A stretch of DNA of 64,000 bases from Phoronis australis (taxonomy: Eukaryota > Animalia > Phoronida). Within the stretch, counting starts at the first letter, position 1, and each line of letters starts with the position of its first letter. The stretch lies in contig NMRA01000015.1 of NCBI GenBank assembly GCA_002633005.1, positions 380,054 to 444,053 on the forward strand, read 5' to 3'. Below, piece by piece: positions 39,801 to 52,055 of this stretch. The position numbers and the translations under genes were made by a program. Under the pieces are notes generated by a model. It was not told where the DNA came from. It worked only from the letters and a program-made list of their open reading frames with translations, and made no database searches.

Positions 39801-40186
39801 AACAGTTCATAAAATCGTCAAAAATACCGGCGCACATGCAATCCGTTAATGTGTACCACCAAGGTGAATGACGCTTTGCCACTGATTGTAAAATTCTTGA
39901 ATTTGGGATGGACAAAATTGCTCATTTGGTAAAATACGATGAATGTTTTCAGTCATCCAGTTGGGCAATATAAGAAACAATAAATAAATCTACTACTGGA
40001 CTTACGTATGTAGAGATGGCTACGTTGCGTCCTCCTCTCGAGGACTTCATCAGGCCACTGAGTTGTCACGTGACTTGTCATGTGATCTGTCGTGTAGTTT
40101 CCGCGGGATTCTCTTCAGCGCCCTATCCCATGTCCTAGGTAAGTGAAACCGCAGCCCCCCCTGTCTATTGAGGCTTGGATTATCGA

Positions 40187-40879
40187 GCGAGAACCATCCC
40201 CAACACAGAGGAGGACATTGAATTTGAATTAGAATACAACAGAACAGTGCTGAAAAGATGTGGTTACCCGAAGTGGTCATTCCACAAGGCAAACCATGAC
40301 AGAGTCAGGCCTCAGAACACGCAGCCGGACAATAGGGGAAACATCAGGGTAACATTGCCTTTTGTGCCAGGGATCGCTGATCAGATCAAATCACATATGA
40401 GGAGACATGACATTGCTGTTGCATTCAAACCTGTTAACACCATAAGGAGTCAATAGTTAAATGTGAAAGACAAAACCAGCAAAGAGAAAACATCAAATGT
40501 GGTGTATGGCATTTCATGCTCGGAACTGGGGTGTGGAGCAGCATACATTGGGGAAACCAAGCAAGCCCTGAAAAGTCGTTTCAACCAGCATCGGAGGTCC
40601 AGTTATGGGGACTGCTATGATTCTGCAATTTTTACTCACATGGCTTCCACGGACCACTCTTTCGCCATGGAAGATGTGAAGATCCTGGATAGAGAAGAGA
40701 ATTGGTTTCGGAGAGGGGTCAAAGAAGCTATCTACGAGAGAATCGAGAATCCTAGCCTCAATAGACAGGGGGGGCTGCGGTTTCACTTACCTAGGACATG
40801 GGATAGGGCGCTGAAGAGAATCCCGCGGAAACTACACGACGGATCACATGACAAGTCACGTGACAAATCAGTGGCCTGA
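40187..40879 (+). pseudogene. Penelope-like RT C-terminus plus GIY-YIG endonuclease (one in-frame stop at 40454-40456)
   Basis: LKRCGYPKW, VTLPFVPGI, NVVYGISC..C...YIGETKQALKSRFNQH, ILDREENWFRRGVKEAIY, PSLNRQGG. Confidence 0.92.
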
Positions 40880-40912
40880 TGAAGTCCTCGAGAGGAGGAC
40901 GCAACGTAGCCA
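40872..40912 (+). ncRNA. Minimal type-I hammerhead ribozyme motif (GCAA variant); inverted copy at ~40017-40057
   Basis: TGGC-CTGATGA-A-GTCCTC...GAGGAC-GCAA-CG-TA-GCCA. Stem I TGGC/GCCA, stem II GTCCTC/GAGGAC, palindromic ACGT stem III. Such motifs are known in Penelope pLTRs. Confidence 0.7.
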
Positions 40913-42336
40913 TCTCTACATACGTAAGTCCAGTAGTAGATTTATTTATTGTTTCATTTGGTAAAATCTGGTACCAGTTCCACCTTTTGAGCAAAACAAT
41001 TAGTATTTCAAACTCCCGGGTTAGAGAATTTTTAGGGCAACCCGACTTTAAGCTTAGATTAAACCTCGTTACTTAATAAGGGTGCTAAGCATCGTTCCAA
41101 AGGTGCATTTGAGACAATTCTTAAACAAGGATTGAAATTTCATTTTTCATCAACCTGTATCAAGCTAACGATCCACTTTGAAATGGCTTACAATGCACTG
41201 TGCTAACAATTACATTACTTTCTTTTCAAGAGAATCCTTGAAAAGAAGCAGAAAATTTACCTTTTAGAATGACTAAACTAAAAAATACAGCAGCTACAGA
41301 ATGTAGCAAACAATTTTTTTTTAAAAATCACATTTAAAACGCTTTATCGTTTCTAAATGCTATACCGTAGCTTCCTTCAGACCACCATTTCCAAAATTGT
41401 GGGCATACTAACAACCGCCTTTGAAAAGTAAAAAAGGATTGATTTTGGGAATTAGTTATTAATGTTCAGAATTGGCAATTTTTAGAACAAATCCGTAGTA
41501 TCCCCAAGCAATCGAAAACTTGCAACAAGTTATGTCGCCCCTGGAAATAGCAGACCTTGAAAATGCCCTTCTCAGACATGCACAGCATAAGTGAACACAT
41601 ATAATTGACTGGTGGACTGACAACATCAGTGTGATAACAAATAAACACAAAAGGCAGAGCAATACCACACATGCGCTTACAGCAGTCTGGCTTATAGGCC
41701 TTCGCGCGAGCACACACCACACGCCACCACAAGAATTTTAGGCCCAAAGCAAATGGTGATTTAAGCTGCTTTCCCATTAGTTTGTCTGGACTAGTTTGTG
41801 GTTGGAAGATATTTTCGATTAGTGTTGGAACTCAAGCATAGTAAGATGCTACCTTTTCCACTGGAACAGATTAAATATTCTATTGTCATAATTCAATACC
41901 GGAAGCTCACTGGAAGTATTCTTTTTTGTCTCAGTGACTTAACAGACTAGTCCATGTTCAAGACCATGAAATCCTAGAAATTACATTAAAAACACCAGGT
42001 TCCATATGCTAAAGCAGTAATAGAGTAATATACAGTCACATACATCATATAGTAGTTTATACATATACATATACATATTCATATACGGGATATACATTTT
42101 GTATTTGGAAATTCATCAGTGCATTTGTACCGAGCTCACAAGCACAGTGCGCTGATACAATTCCTCCTCGTTACAGAAATGTATGGCCATATAAGGATCG
42201 ACTGAGAACAAAACTGCGCATGCCCTCACGAAGTTTGCATATTTAGACAATTTTTTACGAACAATATCTCAATATGTATTCAATCAAATTGCAACAAGGA
42301 GGCAGATAATTGCCATTTTATTCAAAATCATGAACA

Positions 42337-42890
42337 AACAAGAGCAACACGAAAGCGCTGATATACGCCCACAGTGCACCGCAAATGATAGAGGTGCTTA
42401 CCAGTTTCACATAAGGTACAAGGAGACTACAATTAAACCACAAGGGGTAGGTGCAACAGTCAAAATATACAAAAAAGTATTGAAAAAATGGCCAGTAGAG
42501 AGTGATGCAACGGTGGAATCTGTCTGAAACTCAAGTGGTGCCAGCACATGATGCAACATACCTCTGTAGAAGTTTCATTAAAACCCGTCAATTGGCACTC
42601 TAGAAATCAACTGGAAATGTTTTCCAAAGAGTCATGAAAAAGACCGATGACAAGCCTAAAATGACCTTTAGAGGGTGCTGCAGTGAGTCTGTCAAAAAAT
42701 CAACAGGTGCATTGTTGTCACATACCCATATGACAAGTTTCACTAAAATCCAACCACTGGTTCTCTAGATATCATCTGGAAACACTCTTGCCTCAAAAAC
42801 ACTGAAAAGCCCCATCCCACAAGCCATGTGGCTCAGGGCATTCTCAGCTCTAGAGATGTCCTACACCCTGGTGACAAATTTCATAATAAA
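42337..42890 (-). mobile_element. HINE/DINE-like fragment (3' end)
   Basis: ACAAGAGC...ACGCCCACA mirrors the 3' end of the 2627-3590 element. Contains aagtttca...aaat units. Confidence 0.55.
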
Positions 42891-42899
42891 AAAATAATT

Positions 42900-43124
42900 G
42901 CAGGCGGTCTGATACATGTTGTACCAGACGTGCGCAGGCCGCGCAATTGTGGGCCCATTGCGCTGATCATCTGGAACCATTTTTATGTTTTATTAGTATA
43001 CCGTTAAAAACCGAGCTGAGGAGCTAGAAACCTGACTCAAATTATCAGTGTGACCCAGTGGGACTGGAACCTACAACCTTGAGTAAAGAAAGTGGCACCT
43101 ATCACACTAGGCCACACTGCCTCC
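42900..43124 (-). mobile_element. tRNA-derived SINE, copy 1
   Basis: Head GGAGGCAGTGTGGCCTAGTG...GGTTCCAGTCCC (A/B boxes). Body shared with 46590-46826. Confidence 0.75.
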
Positions 43125-43429
43125 TCCAAATTTCACTAAGATCTGGCAAAGAATTTTTGAGATATCAAGCAGAAAACCGAACAAGCACCAGCCACAGACC
43201 ATGTGTGTGTGGGTGTGTGTGTGAGTGTGTGTGTGTGTACATGCGTGCGTGCGTGTGCATGCACATCAAAAAAAATCAAACTGAAATAACGTTCTTAATG
43301 TGTGATGAACTTTGAGATTTAAAACAAAGAAACCACTGAAATAGAGTGAATCCATGCAGTAAAACCTCATCAGTTTAGGACAACTATGGCAGACAAAAGG
43401 AATTTTATTTTCTTCTTTTTTCATAGAGG

Positions 43430-43898
43430 TTAACCAGCAAATAAATGCTTTAAGCTGCATTTTTCTTCGAGTAAGAAATATTAGTCTTCTCACACTCCCT
43501 ATCATATGACCTATAAGTTAAGTTTTCGGGTCTCTGTCCCAACCGGGATTCAAACACAGGCTTTTCTGCTAATCGTACAGACATTCTTGTCCACTGAGCT
43601 ATCGGGACTGCCTTGTTTATAGTAGTTGGCAAAGAAATGAAAATCAAATTCGGCCTTTTATACTCATATCAGTCTTACAACATTTCTCACCATGATAGGA
43701 CTCCCATTTCCATTATAAATTCAAGTCACAGGCAATGAGCACATGTTGCTGACAGACAGGATCCTATCATGGTATGAAATATAACGAGACCAAGGTTATT
43801 AAAGTAAAAAAGCAAAAGACTTAATTCAATTTTTGTCTTTTCTAACTAAGCAAGGTCAAATGCAGCTTTAAGTGATTATTTTTTATTGATATGGTTAA
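43430..43898. mobile_element. Small element with imperfect ~35-40-bp terminal inverted repeats and an internal tRNA-like sequence
   Basis: TTAACCA...TTAAGCTGCATTT / AAATGCAGCTTTAA...TGGTTAA. Internal inverted pair CCATGATAGGA / TCCTATCATGG. Confidence 0.5.
43535..43608 (-). pseudogene. tRNA-like pseudogene
   Basis: Acceptor GTCCCGA/TTGGGAC, anticodon stem TCTGT/GCAGA, loop ACGATTA. D and T arms are degenerate (TTTGAAT). Confidence 0.65.
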
Positions 43899-44676
43899 AT
43901 TTTCTTGCATCAAATTTTATAGCACCATTTTCTCAATCATGTGCGACTGGGAATACAGGAAGCTACAGCACCAAGTTCATGCAACACTTTTGATGTCCAT
44001 TATTTCTCTACGTGTAGTGTTCTTTATTTCTGGTACTGAGATGGCAAGGTTGGTCTTACGCCTCTTACTGATGGCAAACAAATTACTTTGTATAACTTGA
44101 AGAAGAAACACGAAACAACCAGGTACTCGCAAAGGAGTGATCACTTCAAACACTACCACTAGAGGGAGAACCAACAATAGTAAGCTTGACACTGCCTTAG
44201 TGGCGAAGCACTAATCATTACAAAAATTCACTTCACCAGTATCAATCAATCAATTTCGCAGACAGCGGAGTAGATGACAAAAAGTACAGTTGCCACAATA
44301 AGGGCTGCAGCACTGCAGATATTCTTCCAATTCACAAGATCTTTCAAGTGATTTGACAGAAAGTATGAATGTAAAAAAATAGAAGTGCCACTGGGAGGTG
44401 CATTAGTTTATTAATTCGTAGGAACATCGACAGGTGCTCTCAGTTGTAGAAAATAAGTATTCAGTGCAGGAAGGCAGCTTCAGCTAAAACCTCAAACTGA
44501 TTTTTCATCAAAATATGGCTTTATGAACACTTTGTAGTTGAAGTCATGAAAGCATTTTTGGATGTCCCTTTTTAATAACTCCTAAACGCTGAATAAAACC
44601 AGTTTAGACCAATGTGTCAAAAATGTTCAAGGGACCATGATCCAATCTAGATACATATGTTTGAGAATAAAATAAA

Positions 44677-44978
44677 GTGTGTATGGGTCCACTGGAGACT
44701 TGAGTGTAATGTGTGTATGGGTCCACTGGAAAGTGAAGTGTAATGTGTGTATGGGTCCACTGGAGAGTGGAGTGTAATGTGTGTATGGGTCCACTGGAGA
44801 GTGAAGTGTAATGTGTGTATGGGTCCACTGGGTAGTGGAGTGTAATGTGTGTATGGGTCCACTGGAGAGTGAAGTGTAATGTGTGTATGGGTCCACTGGA
44901 GAGTGGAGTGTAATGTGTGTATGGGTCCACTAGAGACTGGAGTGTAATGTGTGTATGGGTCCACTGGAGACTGGAGTG
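44677..44978. repeat. Minisatellite, 34-bp unit GTGTAATGTGTGTATGGGTCCACTGGAGAGTGGA, ~9 copies
   Basis: Direct reading. Confidence 0.95.
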
Positions 44979-46589
44979 CGAAGTGCATACGCCTTCAGGG
45001 GTTTTCAGTTATTTTTGGAACAAAGGATAAATTTAAACAAGTGTAATTCATTTTGAGAAGGCAAGTTATTTCTAGTCATCGCATACTTTTCAAAGTGTCA
45101 TATTTTTCTTAAACACGCCTACATTTTTGGAGTTGTGGCCTCCACAAAGTTTATTAATTCAACAGACCATAAACCTAGTCATGACAAGAGAAATGAGTTT
45201 GAGAAACCTTAGACAGCAACGGAAATGTAGTCACCTAAATAAAACTATTGATTACGAAACTAGATAGTTAATCAGCTATTCTTTAGGCATATTTGTTCTG
45301 TTTTATTCATAAACGAACACCCGTTTCATAACACGTCACACCCCAGACAGTCTCAAGGCCTCACAACATGAATATAAGATAACCACACGTTTCTACATGG
45401 TAGAACAAAGACTCAAGCCTTCTACCACGAAAAAGTTGGGAGTTATCAAACTGAAAGACGTGTTTGATACATAACATTTTATTTAATGTAGCTTTATCGA
45501 TTTTAAAAAACATCCTAATGCTTTTAACAACAAGCATTTTCAGAAGTATGTTTAGTACGGTAGCGCATCATGCTACCAGTTATCTTATGTAGATTGAAGC
45601 TGTTCACTAAAGTTAAGTTTTTCTTCTGTTTCCTTATTAAATCAGTAAACATCAACAAACATTTCAGAGAAAATTTAGCAGATCTGCTGTAAATTACTAG
45701 ACCTCACTGATTCACACAATTTTCCTCTGGAAACAATTAAAGTGGCAATAAACACGCTTTCTATAACCAACATCAATTTTTGATTTACCATTAAGAAATT
45801 GGTCTTAAATTGTTCCTTAGTCAAAAATAGGTTTGACTTCCTAGACTGGGAAAATATTGAGTTGATTATTACACGAGACCAAGCTCAAAAAGTTGACTTG
45901 TCATGCTGTCATTTTATTCACCGCGCATAGTCTCCAAAGTAACAATGGTCAATATCACTGCTTGAAAAATAGTTTTTCATAATTTTGTGACTTTTACCCA
46001 ACTGCAAAAAATTAAATGTACATTGAGCTGTTATCGGAATGTCACTATTACCACCATACATTCCGCTTCACACAATGACGAGTGTTGAATGTTTTGATTT
46101 GATTTTTGTGATGGTCACAAAAATCCAGTAGTGAAAGGAAAAAAGGCAAGAGTCAAAACGCTTGTTTTCTATGATTAAATTGTGGTGCGAGTAGAGATCA
46201 CAAAGGTTATTTTTGGCATAATAAACTGCTACATAAGCTCACCTAAAAATTGTCTATATACCGGAACCTGCCATTAAGCAGCAATAAATAAAACTTTTGT
46301 GAGGGTAGTCTTTTTCAGTCATGATGCCGTGAACTAATCTAAACCCAGTATTGGATACATATGCTGGTATACCTGACAATAGATCTGCATCAAACTATTA
46401 TAAAAATTGCGACACAGGCAGCTGCCCATTGTTAACAGAAAAAAATAGAGAAACAAACAGAACAAAATGGAATATTCATGGCGAGTAACTGATCGTGAGA
46501 TATTACAAAAAACATCAATTGTTCTGTTGCAAGATTAGGGAGAAATGTCTGAAATGGACTCAGAGTTGATCAGACACATTATATTTTAT

Positions 46590-46826
46590 GCAGGCGGTCT
46601 GGTACACGCTACACCAGACGCTATACCAGACGTGTGCAGGCTGCAGAGGAGGGCCCATTGCACTGGTCACCTGGAACCATTTTCATGCTTCACTAACATA
46701 CAGTTAAATGCATGCTGAGGAGCTGGAGACCTGAATTAAGGGTCAAGCAGTGTCCCCAGTGGAAATCAAACCCACGACCTTCAGTAAAGGAAGAAGACAC
46801 TTATCCCAACAGGCCACACTGCCTCC
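46590..46826 (-). mobile_element. tRNA-derived SINE, copy 2
   Basis: Homologous to 42900-43124 (gcaggcggtctg...ggccacactgcctcc). Confidence 0.75.
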
Positions 46827-47803
46827 TCAGGCAATGCAATGGAAATAATACTTAAGTAGAAAACAAACCTTAAATAAAAGCTGACTTTGATCTTTTTCAT
46901 TGTAATGAGTTTCAAATGAACTTCTTTTCCCATTTTCATTTCTAGACTATGTCATTTCTCAAAGGGTTCCCTTGAAGTAACTACAGACTGAGGAATGCAC
47001 ATGACTGATGAAGTGTCCAATTAATGAGCCCAAGTTCTTTCAATAACAACATAGAAACACAAGTTAACGTATGTAAAGAATTTTTATTTTTTATTATTGT
47101 GAGACATAATTTTATTTCCTGTGGCATTTTAATTTCTAAGCCACGGTCCCTGATAACATAATCTTCACATAAAACAATATTGGTTCATAAAATGATCCAA
47201 ATGATTTCACAGTTCGTAAAATGATCCAAATCATTTCACAGTGATTTAGTTGCCAAACCTTCTAATTGTCCCGAAAATTTAATGAAGCACTTTCAAAAAT
47301 GCAAGTTTTCAGTTTTTGACTTAGGTTATAATTGTAGATTGTGTTATCAATAAATTCCAACCATGGTTCTAAATGATAAAGCTGACATCCCGAAAGTATT
47401 TTGAAATTGAGAGGAACATGCTGTTCTGTAGGAAATAATAATGTTGATCCAATGAGCAAACACATGTTTGGCTGAAACCTGAGGATATCATAGTAAGAAG
47501 CCAACATCGACTAGCAGTCATTTTTTTACCCTTTTCAGGGAGTTGAATACCTACAGTCAAAATTCAAAATTGTACTCGTACTATCATCGAACTGCGTACT
47601 AATAAACTTACTATGACTTTTTCTAACATGGGAGTTGTAGCCAAAGTTTGCTGGATGAAGAGATTTATCCAGTGCACTTAGCTTGAAACTTTTAGAAAGA
47701 AACATTGTAAGCAAGCAAATGCTGACCAGGCGCATTGGAGTTCCACATTCTCTTTGTTGAACTTTTGTCTTTTCTCGGTGGCATTACTCTATTTGTCCTT
47801 CGA

Positions 47804-47960
47804 ATGCTAACAAAGTACTACTGCTGTGCTGTAGGCTGCAACTCCAACGTGAGAATGTTTGATAAACTAGCCAAATACCTGTGGATGCCTGATGTGAACT
47901 TCTTCACCTTTCCCAACATCAATGAGACAAAAAAATGCAAAGCCAATGGGTAAAACAAGT
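47804..47960 (+). pseudogene. THAP remnant, probably in a Kolobok fragment ending CATAGTATTCCT-TTAA at 48822
   Basis: MLTKYYCCAVGCNSN...VNFFTFPN, followed by a frameshifted QWV. Confidence 0.6.
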
Positions 47961-49942
47961 TTGTTGGGTTAATTCTGAACCGAATTCCCTTTCTTGAAGA
48001 TACCCGTTCAATTCCGGCACTTAATGAACAGTTGAAATCAGGAGTATTTCCACGGCTATACACCTCTCCCAGAGGGACATGATCTGAGAAAATGTGCCAG
48101 ATTTCCAAAAAGGGGTCATGTGCTTTCTTATCTCCAGAACAAAGGAGAGTGCTATTGCCGTGTAATCCGGGACGGCCTTATTACGGTTCACGAGCTTCTC
48201 AGACTCCTGTACTTGCCTAAACACCATGTAGTTGAACAGAGAGATACAGTTCAAATTTAGACTGTGAAGTAAGATTTTTTCACACGGTAATTCTACTCAC
48301 AGTTGAAATAACGTTGTTTTCTAATTCTATGTATACAGTGATGCATGTTTACGTGAATCAAAACAGATTTCTGCAATAATTACAATCCCATTCTCTATCA
48401 TTAATTTTGCTGCCATCTATTAGGACTGGGATGAAGGCTGACATAGATCAACTGATGACACACAAATCTGGCCAACCAAAAAACCCTAAGTGGCTAATCA
48501 ACGTGCCTCCAAAGGTGACCCTTAGAAGTTCCTTTCCAAAATAGTATAGTGTCTGAAAACCATGCCAGCAAACCCGATGCATATTCACAAAATTCCTTGG
48601 ATTTGTCATCAAATTTATGGTATTTGTAAATTATCAGGAAATTTTCAAAGCTTTTCTCAATTTCTTGTGAGAACAGAAAGCGCATGAGACAGGCCAACTG
48701 TATTGCCTATCGTCAATAACTAAAATTTTATTCCTCAGTTGTCAGTATTTAGCTCTGCCCACACTAAACTAATGAACTAAGCCATTAAAGCTAAAAAAAT
48801 CATTTTCATAGTATTCCTTTAACCATGATAGTACTTGATTTTCATTTTCAACAACTTACGACATCGAAAGTGTCAGTGCAGACTCAAGAAAACATTTTAG
48901 AGTTTTTGGGGTAGTATAAGCCAACCCTATAGTTGAAAATTGACATACGGTGCATGTAGGTTTTGCCTGTGATTTGAATTGACAGCTCTCTCAGTAACAT
49001 TTCAACATTGAATAAGCCTGTTTTTATAAACACTAAGGTTAAGAATTCAACATTGAAAGCTAAACTGCAGCGAAACCCACCTTTAACTGCTGGACTTTAA
49101 GTCAGCAGCTTGCCAAATCAGAGCATAGTTAAACATGTTACTATTTTTCAGAAATTATAAGCTTGCCCTTCATTTTGATCAGGTGAAGTTGTTGTCTATT
49201 GATCGATCAATCAACGAACCCGTTTATTGCTTACTCACATTGAAATGTACTAACATTTAGTCAACAAAACAGCCATATTTATGTTAACTCATGACTTGAC
49301 ACAACACATCCATGGAAACACACACTTTGCAAAATGAATCTCTATTGCCAAAAATATTTTCACTAATGTTTATAGAAACAAAAGCGAAATCAAATTGAAA
49401 GAAGTTTTATTTTCAAGTGAAAAGGTTTAGAAATTCAGACAACCTTAACTGTTTAATTACTTGTCATGCGCTTGAACATGTTACAATGATAAGTCACATT
49501 TGCATGACCATCTCTCCCCACATGAAGAATGCAGACAGTTGACCTGATATGACCAGACGTAAACACACACTGTACTTTCGCGCTAAAATCGATTATATCA
49601 GATGTCACCGAACAGTGGAAATAAGTCTGCGATTACAATAAAAAACCCAACTACAATCAGCTGTATACTTCTGACTGTATCTAAGATATAAATGTTGTCA
49701 CTTCCGTTCATTTTTTTCTACGCGGTTAAAAAATGGCAGAATAGTGTCTGTCGGCTTTATCGAGTATCTATGGTCGGCCGCCGTCTAGACAGTCTGGTTG
49801 AACAACGCGCCCAGACAATGGCATAAATCGTTGCTTAAATAATTCCGATTAAAATTACAAGCTTCAGAATGTATTTCAAATATATCTCTAACAGAAAAAC
49901 GAAATACATATAACATACTTTTCCATTTAACAGGGTACATAC

Positions 49943-50850
49943 CTAACAATAAGAATCTCCCTTTTTTAACTCGACATTTTTTATGTCGGCCATATTACAA
50001 GTGCACACGAGTGGCGACCTCTCGGTAAAGACTTCAGGTCAACAAAAGACGTCGCTTGCCGCGTTCTGGGCAGCGGGTTTGACTAACTGCACCGGGCAAC
50101 ATGTTGTTCGTGCCCCGGAGCGACTAAAGACATTGCCCTGGTTGATATCTATTACCGTTTCATGATTTTTTGCCTCATTTTAGACCAAAATATGCTTCAG
50201 TTAATACTGAAGTTCGGAGTTCTTACGTTTTTGCGTAAGTTCTTTCGTAAGTCACCAAGTTTTCGAATGTCCACACCGCGCTGCCAACGGAAAATCGCCG
50301 ACTAGTGGCAGTGCTTAGGCTTTTGCGCATCTCTCTAGTCAATTCAGAAAAAAAGTAACCATGGCAGAGGTTTTTGGAAAATTTCTTCGCTTCAGAACTT
50401 CAGAGTCAAATATTTTCAGGTTAGCACGACGCAACAGCATAATCTGCTGCAGAAAAAAGGTTGGACGGACTTAAGTTGGTCTTGGCCACAATAAGTTTTT
50501 CTTACCATGGATGTCAGTACAAGTCTGACTTTCTTTGCCGCCTAATTGTTACTGTTACAAACGTGAAAATAAAATTTACAAAAGGTATAATGGTTTGTGA
50601 GCGTCCGGGAAGTGGCACACACTACAATTTCATCTCCCAGCCACAATTTTCGACCCGGAGCACGCCGAACCCCCCACCTCGGTCCCCACTAAGTTTCCCC
50701 CGACTCACTTGCCGTGTGAGTAACTCGCAGGTCGAAGAAATATTTATACGACGATTTATCTTGAAGGACGTACCGAGTGCACGAACCAGTACGAATACTG
50801 TGTAAGTGGAAATTCACCCAATGTTGTACTCACGCGAGCAGTGAGTGACG
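49943..50850 (-). promoter_or_regulatory. Probable promoter / first exon region of the minus-strand gene
   Basis: Local CpG enrichment without obvious TE ends. Strong donor TAG|GTATGT at 49943/49942. Short ORF MADIKNVELKKGDSYC* at 49993-49943. Confidence 0.45.
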
Positions 50851-50897
50851 AATTATCCATTATGGACCAACGATTGGCAAATTAAACCGTTTTAGTA

Positions 50898-52055
50898 CAG
50901 TGGCGGATCTAGGATATCACAAGGGGGGCCCAACATTTTGTCCGGCTGTAAGCATTTGCGCAAACCACGATTGTAGATGCGCATAGCACCGAATGGGGGG
51001 AGGTCGGGAGGGGGGTTTTCCCCCCCTCCCGCTCAGGAAATTTTTCTGTTTTTTCCTCTAAAAATCAAGCATTTTCCTTGATTTCTGATGTATCATCCAA
51101 GAAAAAAAGGAAGAAAAAACACGAAGAACGTGTCACACAGGAAAAATTGCGAGCATCACGGACACGAACCCACGACCTGGCTGATTGGACGTGCGTGCTT
51201 AGCCACTACACCATCACGACTTCAACAATAAATCGTAATTAAGAGACCTACTTGTTTATGGTCCACAACGTTTGCGCGCGAAACCTACTTCTTTTTGTAA
51301 TGCTTATTACACGTTATTTATTTTGTGCAATCGGTTCTTAACAAATTTGTTGTATTTAAAATAGTCAAATGCCCAAAAGACCAAATCCGTTTTTCGTGTT
51401 GGCAATAATGACGGGATTGCTTTGGAAATCGTCTTAAGTTAAGGTTTGACAAAGAGAGAATTAATGAGTTTCTGAGTGATTCACTAAGGCTTCGATTAAA
51501 ATTCACGTCTTACCAGCAGCTTCTGTTTTTTCATCGTCACTCAGGTTCCATTTTCTTTAAAAAATGAAGTAAATTTTCTCCATTGCACAATGGAGCAGAC
51601 GACGGAAACGGAGTCGTAGTGCGCAGCGCCACTGCNNNNNNNNNNNNNNNNNNNNNNNNNNNNNNNNNNNNNNNNNNNNNNNNNNNNNNNNNNNNNNNNN
51701 NNNNNNNNNNNNNNNNNNNNNNNNNNNNNNNNNNNNNNNNNNNNNNNNNNNNNNNNNNNNNNNNNNNNNNNNNNNNNNNNNNNNNNNNNNNNNNNNNNNN
51801 NNNNNNNNNNNNNNNNNNNNNNNNNNNNNNNNNNNNNNNNNNNNNNNNNNNNNNNNNNNNNNNNNNNNNNNNNNNNNNNNNNNNCCCCCCCAAACACTAA
51901 AACTGCACACATTTAAATCTTTTTTCATCCGTATAATTTTGATTACCGGGGCAAATTAATAAACTCAACATTTCCCTACGCTCTTGCTGTTTTATTTTTT
52001 TGCGCCAGCCAAGGAGGGGGGGAGGGCCGGGCCCCCTGGGCCCCCCCCTAAATCT
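50898..52055 (+). mobile_element. hAT-like MITE (CAGTGGCGGATCTAGGA family) with an internal Pol III-type cassette; spans a gap
   Basis: Closely matches 54610-55325. Degenerate right end GGGCCCCCCCCCTAAATC. Confidence 0.75.
51636..51884. other. Assembly gap (N run)
   Basis: Run of n. Confidence 1.

Larger units (their letters stand above)
39936..40955 (+). mobile_element. 5'-truncated Penelope-like retroelement with an inverted pLTR
   Basis: GIY-YIG ORF end. 213-bp inverted repeat 39974-40186 / 40743-40955. Flanking direct repeat TCATTTGGTAAAAT at 39922-39935 and 40954-40967. Confidence 0.9.

Noticed and set aside
41459-41777. 87- and 103-aa ORFs
   Set aside because: Cys/Leu-rich random-like translations with no coherent splice structure.
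44604-44988. Repetitive ORFs in three frames; possible CRISPR array
   Set aside because: These are translations of a 34-bp minisatellite. There are no unique spacers and no cas genes, and the context is eukaryotic.
46242-46373. Possible exon with a GTGAGC donor (GIPAYVSNTGFRLVHG...)
   Set aside because: No frame is open from acceptor to donor. It could be UTR but is unsupported.
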